Below are positions 1 through 9,760 of a DNA stretch of 64,000 nt, piece after piece; position 1 is the stretch's first letter; every line of letters begins with the position of its first letter. The notes beneath the pieces were generated by a model. The model ran no database searches. It was not told the origin of the DNA and saw only the letters and a list, made by a program, of their open reading frames with translations. Position numbers and translations under genes: made by a program. Location: NCBI GenBank assembly GCA_964409875.1, contig CAYPEN010000002.1, forward strand, positions 65,067-129,066, written 5' to 3'. The DNA is from an uncultured Gammaproteobacteria bacterium. Its GTDB lineage: Bacteria; Patescibacteriota; Microgenomatia; Levybacterales; GWA1-39-11.

Positions 1-213
1 TGACCGTAAGAATTTCAGGCACAAACCCATGCACCGTTACCATTACTGTTTCATAAGGAACAGGAGTTGGTGTGGGAGTGGACTTATTAGTGCGTGTTGC
101 TGATGTGCTTGGACCCGTATTCTTTTGACTTGAAAGCATAAAAATAATAAGACCTAAAAGAATAATAGTTGCAGCCGCAAAAAAAATAAAAAAAGTTTTT
201 CTGCTACCCTTCA
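1..213 (-). CDS. Partial CDS (5' end only; gene continues beyond window start): membrane-anchored Pro/Thr-rich protein
   Basis: Reverse-strand ATG at 213-211 reads MKGSRKTFFIFFAAATIILLGLIIFMLSSQKNTGPSTSATRTNKSTPTPTPVP... with N-terminal TM helix; open to window edge. Not in ORF track because truncated. Confidence 0.45.
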
Positions 214-301
214 TATATATTATATACTGCGTTCTTTATTTTGCGTTGTCAACCCTCAGTAAAATATTGACATTATAAATCAATTCCTGCTTAATCTAAT
301 T

Positions 302-1012
302 ATGGAGAACAAAAATTCAATTAATTTTTTTTATATTATAGGTGCAGGATTTGCACTTAGTATCATTGTAATTCTTACGCTTGCTCTATATATAAACTAT
401 CTTTCTGTTAAAAAACAGGCTCCAAAATCTAAAGTTATCGTCAAGGAGCAGCTACCCAATACAATTATACCTGTCAAAAAGGCTGCTATTGCACCAAATT
501 CCACATTACCATGCTCTAATTCTACAGTGTACACGGACCTATCCGAAGCATCAAAAAATCCTTCAGCAGTCTGTCACTTAATCTTAAATGACAAAAACCT
601 CAGTAGTATTCCTGACGATTTTTCAAAATTCACGCATCTTACTGAACTTTCCCTGAATCACAATCAATTATCCGAAATACCAACACAAATTCTAAAACTT
701 AAAAATCTTGTACGGCTTGATATTGCAGGAAATAAAATTTCATCTATTCCAAAAGAAATTTCATCCCTCTCAAACCTTCAGATATTAAATCTGACAAATA
801 ATAATCTAACCTCATTAGATGAGAAAATAACCGAATTGCGGTATCTTACGGTTTTACAGCTTGCCGGCAATAATATTACAAGTCTTCCACAAAATATAGA
901 AAATATGCCGTATCTTTCACTGCTTACTTTGCCAAAAAATAATTTTTACAACAAAGACAAAATAGATTACCTGAAGAAAACATTACCACATACAAAAATA
1001 TCTTTTTTCTAA
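302..1012 (+). CDS. Leucine-rich repeat (LRR) protein with N-terminal TM anchor
   Basis: Repeated LxxLxLxxNxLxxIP units (LTELSLNHNQLSEIP, LVRLDIAGNKISSIP, LQILNLTNNNLTSL, LTVLQLAGNNITSLP); hydrophobic N-terminus. Confidence 0.85.
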   Translation: MENKNSINFFYIIGAGFALSIIVILTLALYINYLSVKKQAPKSKVIVKEQLPNTIIPVKKAAIAPNSTLPCSNSTVYTDLSEASKNPSAVCHLILNDKNLSSIPDDFSKFTHLTELSLNHNQLSEIPTQILKLKNLVRLDIAGNKISSIPKEISSLSNLQILNLTNNNLTSLDEKITELRYLTVLQLAGNNITSLPQNIENMPYLSLLTLPKNNFYNKDKIDYLKKTLPHTKISFF

Positions 1013-1044
1013 CGACAAAAGTCATTTTCCATTAAAGATAAATA

Positions 1045-2667
1045 ATGCAAAAAGCTCCTACGATTTACCATCTCTCAAAGCTTAAAATATTTATCCTCCC
1101 ACATATATATGTAATTACTCTTTCTTTCATCTTAATAGCTCTCTTTTTTATAAGAGTTTACAAACTTACAGATATACCAGCTGGATTTTCTTTTGATGAA
1201 GCTTCAATTGGATATAATGCATACTCAATTCTTACTAACGGACATGATGAGTATGGAATATTTTTTCCTTCATATTTTAAGGCATTTGGAGAATATAAGA
1301 ACCCTGTCCAGATTTATAGCACAATTCCTTTCGTTGCAATCCTTGGTCTTAATGAACATTCTGTAAGGCTTGTATCCGTTGTCTATGGAATTGCTTCAGT
1401 TTATGCAATTTATCTATTAACAAAGCTTTTTGTGAATACAAAGAAAAGCATTGCCGGCATTATTGCAGCAATTGCGCTGGGAATTGTGCCATGGCATTTT
1501 CATCTAAGCAGGTTTTCTCTTGAAGCCATGATGCCCTACCTTCTTTTTGTCATCTTGGGGACTTATTTTTTCCTCAAAAAATTTTCTCAAAGAAATATCC
1601 TTCTTAGTGGTATTTTTTTTGTTTTGGCTGTTTATAGTTATTTTCCTTCCCGTATCTTTGTTCCCCTATTTGTGATATCTCTATCAATAATTTATAAATC
1701 AAAGCTGATAAGAAATTGGAAGCCTACTCTTTTGGCCCTTATTTTTTCATTAATGCTTCTGTCTCCTTTTTTTATCCATTCTTTCTCGCCGGAAGGCATG
1801 ACACGCTGGAACTCAGTAAGTATTTTCGTCAACGGACCTGATAATAAAAGCAAAATACTCCCTCTCATAGTAAATAACTACCTCAGTCATTTTTCGTATG
1901 ATTTTCTTTTCAAAAAGGGAGATATCGACATGCCAGGACAGTCTTTTACTATGTATTCTGTCAGAGGATTTGGTGAACTTTACAAATTTCAACTCCCTTT
2001 TGCACTCCTTGGCGGTCTCTATTTGATTTACCGGCGTAAATACCGGCTTTTTGCAGTTATTTCTTCCTGGCTTTTACTGTATCCGCTTGGAAGTTGTTTT
2101 ACAACTGCAATAAGCGCACAAGCAACACGCTCTATAATAGGCGTTGTACCTTTTCAGATTCTAACAGCTTTGGGAATAATGTGGGTTGCGTATTCTATAA
2201 GAAATATCAAAGCCAGAACAATTTTTATTGTAGTTCTTGCTTGTGTCGCACTTTTCTCATTTTTTAAATTTCTCAACTCTTTTTATACAAAGTATCCGCT
2301 CTATTCATCCGGCACATGGGGATGGCAATACGGAGCAAGAGAAATTTTGTCTTATTACAAAAACCATCAAAATGAATATGACCTCTTGCTCTTTCCGCCG
2401 GAATTTAACGCTGCTGACATATTTATCAAGTTTTATGCTCCTAACTGTGCTAAATGTAAAGTAGGTATTCCTGACTCATTTAGTATTACTGCAAATCAAC
2501 GCATACTATATGCTATGTCACCCATGAACCACATGATGTACCCAAATTTTAATCTAAAAGAAGTAAAAACCCTTTACTACCCTGATGGAAAAGTTGCATT
2601 TATTATTGGAGAGATACAAAAAGATATAAAACCAAGCTCGGTTAATGCTATCTCAAGACCATTTTAG
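1045..2667 (+). CDS. GT-C fold membrane glycosyltransferase (ArnT/PMT-like, GT39/GT83-type)
   Basis: Multi-pass membrane protein; N-terminal DEAS..YNAY..GHDEYG loop motif typical of dolichyl/undecaprenyl-phosphate-sugar dependent GT-C enzymes. Confidence 0.7.
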   Translation: MQKAPTIYHLSKLKIFILPHIYVITLSFILIALFFIRVYKLTDIPAGFSFDEASIGYNAYSILTNGHDEYGIFFPSYFKAFGEYKNPVQIYSTIPFVAILGLNEHSVRLVSVVYGIASVYAIYLLTKLFVNTKKSIAGIIAAIALGIVPWHFHLSRFSLEAMMPYLLFVILGTYFFLKKFSQRNILLSGIFFVLAVYSYFPSRIFVPLFVISLSIIYKSKLIRNWKPTLLALIFSLMLLSPFFIHSFSPEGMTRWNSVSIFVNGPDNKSKILPLIVNNYLSHFSYDFLFKKGDIDMPGQSFTMYSVRGFGELYKFQLPFALLGGLYLIYRRKYRLFAVISSWLLLYPLGSCFTTAISAQATRSIIGVVPFQILTALGIMWVAYSIRNIKARTIFIVVLACVALFSFFKFLNSFYTKYPLYSSGTWGWQYGAREILSYYKNHQNEYDLLLFPPEFNAADIFIKFYAPNCAKCKVGIPDSFSITANQRILYAMSPMNHMMYPNFNLKEVKTLYYPDGKVAFIIGEIQKDIKPSSVNAISRPF

Positions 2668-2673
2668 TAGAAA

Positions 2674-5600
2674 TTACTGGCACACAGCGGCATTAGGAGT
2701 ATTTAATTTACTTGAAACACCCGACCCCAATCCTTGATTCCCTAAGAGGCTACCCCAACACTTTATTGTCCCTGAACTTGTTCTCCCACAGATAAGATAC
2801 TCATTACTACTAAGACTTGTTATTCCATTTACCACACTTGTTGTAAGAAATGTAGTACTACTTGTCGGAGATGAACCCCACAAAGTACCAGAACCGGAAC
2901 ATTTTACACTCCCATCTCCTAAAACGGCGCAGATTGCATCTCTTAGACCAGCAAATCCTACTACATTTGTAAGGCCGGTTGGGACTACGGGTGAATTAGT
3001 AGAATAGGTAGAACCGTTTCCCAATTGGCCTGATGAATTAGCACCCCAACATTTAGCGGTAGAATCAGAAAGTACAGCACAAACATTAAAAGAGAACGAA
3101 TATACTTTCGTTGCTGTCGATATGCCTGAAACCTGAACAGGAACAGTCGTATCAGAGTTGGAGCCGTTACCTAATGCGCCGTCGGTTCCAGAACCCCAAC
3201 ACCATACGGTTCCATCACTTTTTACAGCGCAGGCAACATCTGTTCCGACTGACACATCAACTGCCGTAGTTATTCCCGAAACTTGAACAGGTATTGTAGT
3301 GTTTGTAGTGGAACCATTACCTAATTTTGAAGCCTGACCGCTTCCCCAAGGGTCAGCATATCCCCAACACCATATAGTATTATTATTCTTAAGTGCGCAG
3401 GCGGTTCCTCCTGACGTAGATACTTTGGTTATATTTGTAAGTCCTGAAATTTGATTTGGAGTACCTGACTCAGATGATAAACCATTTGCATATCTACTAC
3501 CCCAACATTTTACTGTGTTATCAGTAAGCAACGCACATCTGCCACCATAACCAACAGAGACTTTAGATGCATTAATTATACCAACAGAAACAGGCTCCCA
3601 TGAACCCACATCGTTTGTTACACCATTACCTAGCTGTCCACTACCATTTGTACCCCAACACTTAACTCTTCCATTACTGAGTGCAGCACAATTTCCATAA
3701 TCCCCTCCACCACCACTCATATAGTCTACCGCAGTAGTGATGCCATATACGGTTGATGCAGCATTGGTAGTATCAGTTCCTCCTCCAAATTGTGACAATA
3801 TACTTCTACCTCCCCAAAATCTAATTGTCCCATTGCTTAAGACTACTCCAGCTAAGTCTGCTGGTCCATACCCTGGTATAAGTGTTGAAGCAGTAGTTAT
3901 CCCACTAACCGTTCTTGGTTGATACAAGGGACTATTCGAATAATATGAAATAGGATCCCCACTACCTAACTGTCCGTAATCATTATATCCCCAACACATT
4001 ACGGTTCCATTCGATAAGAGTGCACATGGACCACCATCATGAGTTGAAACATCGATAGCGGTTGTTATCCCTGTAACTGATGTTCCCGGTGTACTTTGGC
4101 TCGAACTATTTCCGTTCCCTAACATTGAAGCATCTCCCCAGCATTTTATTGTGTTATCTGAAAGAAGTATACATGAACCTCGAAAGCCATCAGTAGCAAC
4201 CTTTGATGCAGTTGTAATTCCTGTAACAACAACCGGAGTTGAGCTCTGGGTATTAATACCGTCGCCCAAACCACCTGAGTTCATACCCCAACACTTTACT
4301 GTGCCGTCATTAAGTCTAGCGCATGATGAATACCATCCTGTACTAATTTGAGTTGCGGTAGAAATGCCTGTTACATCTACAGGGGTTGAAGAATTGCTAG
4401 TGCCGCCGTTTCCGAGTTGACTATAGGCACCCCAACCCCAACATTTAACACCCCCCGTACTGAGGAGTGCGCAGGTATGATCGCTCCCCAGGTTAACCAT
4501 AGTTGCATTTGATATACCTGTTACAGTTACAGGAGTTGAAGAGCTATAAGTGTTACCATTCCCGAGTTGGCCTGAGTAACCATTCCCCCAGCACTTTATC
4601 GTCTTATCAGAAAGAATTGCGCACGCGTGACTGCTGCCTACAGAGACCGAAGTTGCATTGCTTATTCCCGACACAGTCACCGGTACACTTGACTCTGTTG
4701 TAGTACCGTTTCCGAGTTGGCCATAATAGTTGTACCCCCAACATTTAACATTACCTGAAACGACCATGCAAACACTATTCCCCCCAATTGAAATTGAGGT
4801 TGGAGATGCTGCAAGTGGAGTGGACTTTGCAGCATTGGCATCACTGCAATCTTGTCCTGCAGTGACGCTATAACCACTGGGCAATGACGACCCTGTGCAA
4901 ACCGATGTAGAATTAAATGTGTATACACCATCTCCATCCAAATCCCTATATCCGGTTAGGTTTTGCCATTTGGCTGCATCAACATCATCACAATCACTAC
5001 CACTGGAGGTCAAAGTATAACCTGAAGGAACACTTACTCCTATGCACTGAGAAAAACCACTCCCCGTATACCCATCTCCGTCGAGGTCAGGGTATATAGT
5101 AGGATTACGGTACAATGATGCTGATGTATCGTCACAATCCGAGCTTCCTAAAGCAAGAGTTGTATTGGTAAGGATATATGAACCCGAAGAACTTTTGTAA
5201 TACGTTCTTGAGCCAACCACAGAAGTGTTCCCAACACAAGTCATTGCGCCGGAGCCTACATAATATCCATCCTGGTCGTTATCAACCGCTAGATTTGCTA
5301 CATTCTGAAATATATTAACATTTGCGTCATTACAGTCGGTAGATGCCGGGTTTGCGATATAATTTGATGGCAAACTATTCCCAGAGCAGATAGGTTGCGT
5401 AACAAGTGTTGCTGCATATCCATCTCCATCGCTGTCAGATGCCCCCGGCAAAAGTTGCCATTTTGTTCCATCATTTGGGGAACAGTCAATAAGTCCCGAT
5501 GTATTAAGATTCCGTCTCATGTATCCCGATTGGGGTGAGGTTGAAATTATTTGGGCAGTGTTATTAGCATTATCGGGCAGGCCATCACCATCTGTATCAG

Positions 5601-6837
5601 GTATCCATACTGCACCACGTACAATACTACCACCTGCAAATTTCACAATACTTGCACCCGGCATATAAAGAATTCCATACGCGATTCTTTGACCGCTATT
5701 AATAGTAAGCGTTTTTCCCTTATCTATAGTAAGTATTCCAGTATTGCTTTGCCCGCTTCCCCTATCTATCCCATCAACGGTTGAAGGAAATGAACAGCTT
5801 GATAAAATTGTATAATCATTGTCTGGATTATTTGACAGACATTTTGAACTTCCAGTCTGTGTAAAACTATTAACAGTTCCATATGTTATACCCATAGAAT
5901 TTACTGCAATCGGGCAATAATAATACGTATTACCCGGAATAAGACCGGTAACAGTCTTTGACAACGAGTTATTCGCCCCTACTCCATTAAATAAGGATGT
6001 ATCAGTTATATTCGGTAAATTTTGACAAGATGTATTTTGGGTTCCCCATAAAAAGTAGGCGGTTGTATTTGCATTATTATCTCCAACAGTTGCTGTTAGG
6101 CTTGTCGAAATAGCATCTACATTGCTATTCCCAATGGAGCTTATTGATGGAGCCGATTGCATTGTATATAAAGTTGCAGTGTCCGTCTTTGTGGGACTGT
6201 TTACTGCATTTATATCGGCAGTAGCTAATAACCCGGTGTCGTCCTCTACTCCTGCAGTCACTGTATTCCCGTTAGTAGAAGTTGTTCCACCATAATGTAT
6301 TTCAATGTTGTTAGTAGTCTCATATAACTTAATTTCAAAATTGACATCAGCAGAGTTGCCGCAACATCTCGGTATTCCACTGAATTGCACGATAAATCTC
6401 CTATTTGGTGCTGTACCAAGAGTTGTATATTGTATGGTCCCGTTTCCCGGCGGATAAAGATCTGTCCACCATCCGGCAATAATATTATTAATAGAAGCCC
6501 CAGGTAAAGTAGCTCCGCTGCAGCAACCACTACTACTTAAACTCGTGTTAAATGATATAAACCCATTACTTGAAACAATAAGTTGATTATAGGAATTACC
6601 ATAAAAACTGAAGTTAAAAGGCATAGTAATTATTGAAGATAGTGCATCATCACTGAGGGATAAGGTCGTTCCTGTAAATGTTTCCCAGTTGACAGAAATA
6701 GTCTGTGTTATATATGTACCAGTTCCAGCATAAATACTTGAAGGAGTAAAAAAGAAGAGAAAAAACAAAAAAACACCGGTAACAATTTTTAGCTTATACG
6801 ATCTAGGGAGCAAATTTATGAGCAGGTTTTTATTCAT
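2674..6837 (-). CDS. Giant secreted surface protein with RCC1-like (KCWG..GQLGNG) beta-propeller repeats and DxDGDG calcium-binding-like motifs
   Basis: 1387 aa, signal peptide/TM at N-terminus; >10 tandem repeats of ~50 aa with C-W-G-x-N-x-x-G-Q-L-G-N-G signature (RCC1/ATS1 family); several DxDGDGY motifs. Confidence 0.8.
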   Translation of the reverse strand: MNKNLLINLLPRSYKLKIVTGVFLFFLFFFTPSSIYAGTGTYITQTISVNWETFTGTTLSLSDDALSSIITMPFNFSFYGNSYNQLIVSSNGFISFNTSLSSSGCCSGATLPGASINNIIAGWWTDLYPPGNGTIQYTTLGTAPNRRFIVQFSGIPRCCGNSADVNFEIKLYETTNNIEIHYGGTTSTNGNTVTAGVEDDTGLLATADINAVNSPTKTDTATLYTMQSAPSISSIGNSNVDAISTSLTATVGDNNANTTAYFLWGTQNTSCQNLPNITDTSLFNGVGANNSLSKTVTGLIPGNTYYYCPIAVNSMGITYGTVNSFTQTGSSKCLSNNPDNDYTILSSCSFPSTVDGIDRGSGQSNTGILTIDKGKTLTINSGQRIAYGILYMPGASIVKFAGGSIVRGAVWIPDTDGDGLPDNANNTAQIISTSPQSGYMRRNLNTSGLIDCSPNDGTKWQLLPGASDSDGDGYAATLVTQPICSGNSLPSNYIANPASTDCNDANVNIFQNVANLAVDNDQDGYYVGSGAMTCVGNTSVVGSRTYYKSSSGSYILTNTTLALGSSDCDDTSASLYRNPTIYPDLDGDGYTGSGFSQCIGVSVPSGYTLTSSGSDCDDVDAAKWQNLTGYRDLDGDGVYTFNSTSVCTGSSLPSGYSVTAGQDCSDANAAKSTPLAASPTSISIGGNSVCMVVSGNVKCWGYNYYGQLGNGTTTESSVPVTVSGISNATSVSVGSSHACAILSDKTIKCWGNGYSGQLGNGNTYSSSTPVTVTGISNATMVNLGSDHTCALLSTGGVKCWGWGAYSQLGNGGTSNSSTPVDVTGISTATQISTGWYSSCARLNDGTVKCWGMNSGGLGDGINTQSSTPVVVTGITTASKVATDGFRGSCILLSDNTIKCWGDASMLGNGNSSSQSTPGTSVTGITTAIDVSTHDGGPCALLSNGTVMCWGYNDYGQLGSGDPISYYSNSPLYQPRTVSGITTASTLIPGYGPADLAGVVLSNGTIRFWGGRSILSQFGGGTDTTNAASTVYGITTAVDYMSGGGGDYGNCAALSNGRVKCWGTNGSGQLGNGVTNDVGSWEPVSVGIINASKVSVGYGGRCALLTDNTVKCWGSRYANGLSSESGTPNQISGLTNITKVSTSGGTACALKNNNTIWCWGYADPWGSGQASKLGNGSTTNTTIPVQVSGITTAVDVSVGTDVACAVKSDGTVWCWGSGTDGALGNGSNSDTTVPVQVSGISTATKVYSFSFNVCAVLSDSTAKCWGANSSGQLGNGSTYSTNSPVVPTGLTNVVGFAGLRDAICAVLGDGSVKCSGSGTLWGSSPTSSTTFLTTSVVNGITSLSSNEYLICGRTSSGTIKCWGSLLGNQGLGSGVSSKLNTPNAAVCQ

Positions 6838-7015
6838 ACAATATACCTACTTTTAGAATAATCAATTCAAAATAGGCTGTCAATCAAAAAAATTTCCTTG
6901 ACAGACCTTTTTAAAATTTGCTATTGTGAGTATATTCCCTATTTAATGGAGTCCGTAATATTTTTTAAGCTTTTTTTAAGGGGTTGAACCGTTTAATGGA
7001 TAGAGAGACATTATT

Positions 7016-9178
7016 ATGAATACAAAATCTGCCTCATCATTTTTGACAAGTATTGCGACTGTTGTCACAGCCAGCATCTTTTTCCTATTTCCACTTTTTT
7101 TCCTGACCATAACAACCGACTTTTTTACATTCCCAAAACAAATCCTTATCGTCTTCGGAAGCCTCTTGCTTCTTGTTTTGTGGGGTGTGAAGGTTGTCAT
7201 TGACAAGCGGATAACGCTTGTAACAAATCCCCTGAATGTACCTATCCTTCTTTTTGCTCTCGTCTTAATCCTCTCTACATTTTTTTCTGCATCTCTTCAG
7301 GATGCAATTCTCCAGTCAACGCCGGTTATACTTCTGTGCGTCTTCTTTTTTACAACTGTAAATTTCATACAGGAAAAATCATCGTACGCGATAGTGCTTA
7401 CTTCTCTTATAATAGGAAGCTCTCTTTCTGCAGTGCTCAGTGTGTTCGCACATTTTAATGTGTATCTGCTTCCATTCGAAGCGGTAAAATCCCAAACGTT
7501 CAATACTCATGGCTCTCCTATTCAATACGCGGCATTTCTGCTTCCCTTGCTTGCGCTTTGCCTCACTTCCTTAATTACCATCGTTAAAAAGGGCAAACTG
7601 AACGCCATATCAAAGGATTACACAAAATTACTTCAACTGGGGGCTACTGTTATATTCGCAGTCGGACTTGGGTTGGTGGTATATCAAATTGCATCTTCTC
7701 CGCAAAAACCTATTTTGCTTCCTTTCAATCATGGCTTCCAGGTTGCTTTTGCAGCTATCAGTCAGGATTCGCAGCGTCTCGCACAGTCACTACTCGTTGG
7801 CTCAGGATACGGTACGTTCTCAACGGACTTTACACGGTATATCACCCCTACATTTAATACGTATTCGTTCTGGAATCTTACTTTTGCATTTTCTTCTTCA
7901 TATGTGTTGGAGCTCTTGGCAACAACCGGAGTTTTGGGACTTTTTGCTTTTGCCTTTATCTTTGTCAATCTCTTGAGAAGTAAAAGCAAAATTAGCAATC
8001 CGGTGTTTTTGGCAACGTTGGTCGTTTTTGGCCTTTCACTTGTTATTCCGTTCTCTTATTCGATGGTATTTTTGCTTTTCGCGCTTTTAAGCCTATTCGT
8101 CTCACATAGAAGTATTGAGAATGCAAAAGGCTTTGACACTATCAGCCTTAATTTAGTTGCCCTCAAACAAGGCCTTATTTCATTGGGGGAGGAACATGAA
8201 AAAAAGAAAGAAAATCTCGCCTTGCCGGTCATCATACTCGCCCTTACTCTATTGGTTTCAGTTTTCGTACTTTTCTACCTCACAGGGTCCGGTGCCACTC
8301 CACGAAAGGGATATGTTGCGCTGGTGAATTCCGATATCCTTTTTGCAAAATCCTTTACGCAACAAGCGTTGCGCTCGGGAACTGAAACATATAATCTGGA
8401 AACCCAAGCCATCAACGAGTATCCATATCGCAGTGACTATTACAGACTCTTTTCACAAATAAACCTGGCACTTGCTGCAAACATTGTCAATGCACAGCAA
8501 GGCAAAAAACCAACAGATGAGGTACAAAACAATATTATTGCACTTCTTCAACAAAGCATTAACAGCGCGCGTCAAGCGGTTACTCTCTCCCCATTTGTAT
8601 CAATAAATTGGCAGAATTTGGGACAAATCTACCGCAATCTTATCGGTGTCGGCCAAAATGCAGAACAGTTCGCTGTAGCCTCCTATAATCAAGCAATAAC
8701 CCTCAACCCCTCAAATCCAGGCCTTAGAATTGAACTTGGTGGGGTGTATTATCAGCTCAAGCAATGGGATTTGGCTCAAAACCAGTTCACAATTGCTGCA
8801 CAGCTTAAAAATGATTACGCCAATGCCTATTACAATTTAGGTCATGTTCTTGAAGAAAAAGGTGACCTTCAAAACGCGCTTACCCAATACCAAACAGTTC
8901 AGCAATTGGTCGCAAATGACAAGGCCAACCTTGATAAAATAACCTCTGAAATAAAAGCAGTTCAAGATAAAATAGGAAAAGCGCAAGCAAATATCCAAAC
9001 CAAAACCCCGACCGAAGACACTACACCTCTTGGGGTAGCAAAGCCTCAAGCTGAATTCCCTCCAAAAGATCCGCGCGTCAAGATACCTGAGCCTCCAAAA
9101 GGCAAGGTATCCCCTACCCCCAGCCCATCGGTAAGCCCAACGGCAAGTCCCTCACCGAGCGCAGAACCTAACCAATAG
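7016..9178 (+). CDS. O-antigen ligase-like (Wzy_C) polytopic membrane protein with C-terminal TPR repeats and Pro/Ser-rich tail
   Basis: About 10 TM segments; Wzy_C-like loop (SYVLELLATTGVLGLFAF); C-terminal TPR-like repeats (AYYNLGHVLEEKGDLQNALTQY) and PSPSVSPTASPSPS tail. Confidence 0.7.
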   Translation: MNTKSASSFLTSIATVVTASIFFLFPLFFLTITTDFFTFPKQILIVFGSLLLLVLWGVKVVIDKRITLVTNPLNVPILLFALVLILSTFFSASLQDAILQSTPVILLCVFFFTTVNFIQEKSSYAIVLTSLIIGSSLSAVLSVFAHFNVYLLPFEAVKSQTFNTHGSPIQYAAFLLPLLALCLTSLITIVKKGKLNAISKDYTKLLQLGATVIFAVGLGLVVYQIASSPQKPILLPFNHGFQVAFAAISQDSQRLAQSLLVGSGYGTFSTDFTRYITPTFNTYSFWNLTFAFSSSYVLELLATTGVLGLFAFAFIFVNLLRSKSKISNPVFLATLVVFGLSLVIPFSYSMVFLLFALLSLFVSHRSIENAKGFDTISLNLVALKQGLISLGEEHEKKKENLALPVIILALTLLVSVFVLFYLTGSGATPRKGYVALVNSDILFAKSFTQQALRSGTETYNLETQAINEYPYRSDYYRLFSQINLALAANIVNAQQGKKPTDEVQNNIIALLQQSINSARQAVTLSPFVSINWQNLGQIYRNLIGVGQNAEQFAVASYNQAITLNPSNPGLRIELGGVYYQLKQWDLAQNQFTIAAQLKNDYANAYYNLGHVLEEKGDLQNALTQYQTVQQLVANDKANLDKITSEIKAVQDKIGKAQANIQTKTPTEDTTPLGVAKPQAEFPPKDPRVKIPEPPKGKVSPTPSPSVSPTASPSPSAEPNQ

Positions 9179-9220
9179 CTAATAGACAATAGCTGATAGT
9201 TGATAGTTAATAGCTAGTAG
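9177..9220. repeat. Stop-codon-dense palindromic low-complexity block (AGCTAATAG/GATAGTT motifs) upstream of four-helix-bundle gene
   Basis: agctaatagacaatagctgatagttgatagttaatagctagtag; TAG/TGA/TAA in all frames; shares agctaata, agctagta (direct) and agctgatagtt (inverted) with block at 9622-9653. Confidence 0.6.
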
Positions 9221-9234
9221 AGAATAATGAATTC

Positions 9235-9606
9235 ATGGCGAATATTTCCTCGTTTAGAGATTTACTTGTGTGGCAAGAAGGACATAAACTTGTAATTTCT
9301 ATCTATCAACTAACTCAAAATTTTCCAGCAAATGAGCAATTTGGGTTAACCAATCAGTTGCGTCGAGCTAAGGTTTCTATAACTAGTAATATTGCTGAAG
9401 GTTTCGTACGAAAGAATAAGAAGGAAAAAATACAATTCTATTTTATGTCTTTAGGTTCATTAGCTGAAGTTCAAAACCAAATACTTATTGCTCTTGATGT
9501 TAAATATATCAAAAGTCAAGATTATGAAAAAGTATTTGAGCAAACAGAAACCATAGGTAGATTGTTAAATAGCCTTATTAAGGCTACAAATAATCGATCT
9601 TTCTAA
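9235..9606 (+). CDS. Four-helix-bundle protein (the family often found in 23S rRNA intervening sequences)
   Basis: 123 aa; motifs NEQFGLTNQLRRA..SITSNIAEGF and SLGSLAEVQNQ characteristic of the four-helix-bundle/IVS-protein family. Confidence 0.8.
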   Translation: MANISSFRDLLVWQEGHKLVISIYQLTQNFPANEQFGLTNQLRRAKVSITSNIAEGFVRKNKKEKIQFYFMSLGSLAEVQNQILIALDVKYIKSQDYEKVFEQTETIGRLLNSLIKATNNRSF

Positions 9607-9621
9607 ACCCCTCCAATTTTA

Positions 9622-9653
9622 ACAGCTAATATCTACTAACTATCAGCTAGTAT
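9622..9653. repeat. Partner palindromic repeat block downstream of four-helix-bundle gene
   Basis: acagctaatatctactaactatcagctagtat; inverted match (agctgatagtt) and direct matches to 9177-9220 block. Confidence 0.55.
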
Positions 9654-9760
9654 TTCTTTTCCCCTAATGGAGAAAAGAAAGTGGGTCAGAAGCTCGACCC
9701 TTTACCCTAATATAGGAATGACAGAGGGTCGTTTCGCAACCCATTAAGCTAGATAACAAC

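Noticed and set aside
2237-6530. Short ORFs nested in or antisense to the GT-C and RCC1-repeat genes (2237-2464, 3737-3922, 4151-4351, 4503-4703, 4677-4937, 4917-5099, 5298-5489, 5551-5784, 6258-6530)
   Set aside because: Embedded in long, well-supported CDSs with repeat structure; no independent signals; typical shadow ORFs.
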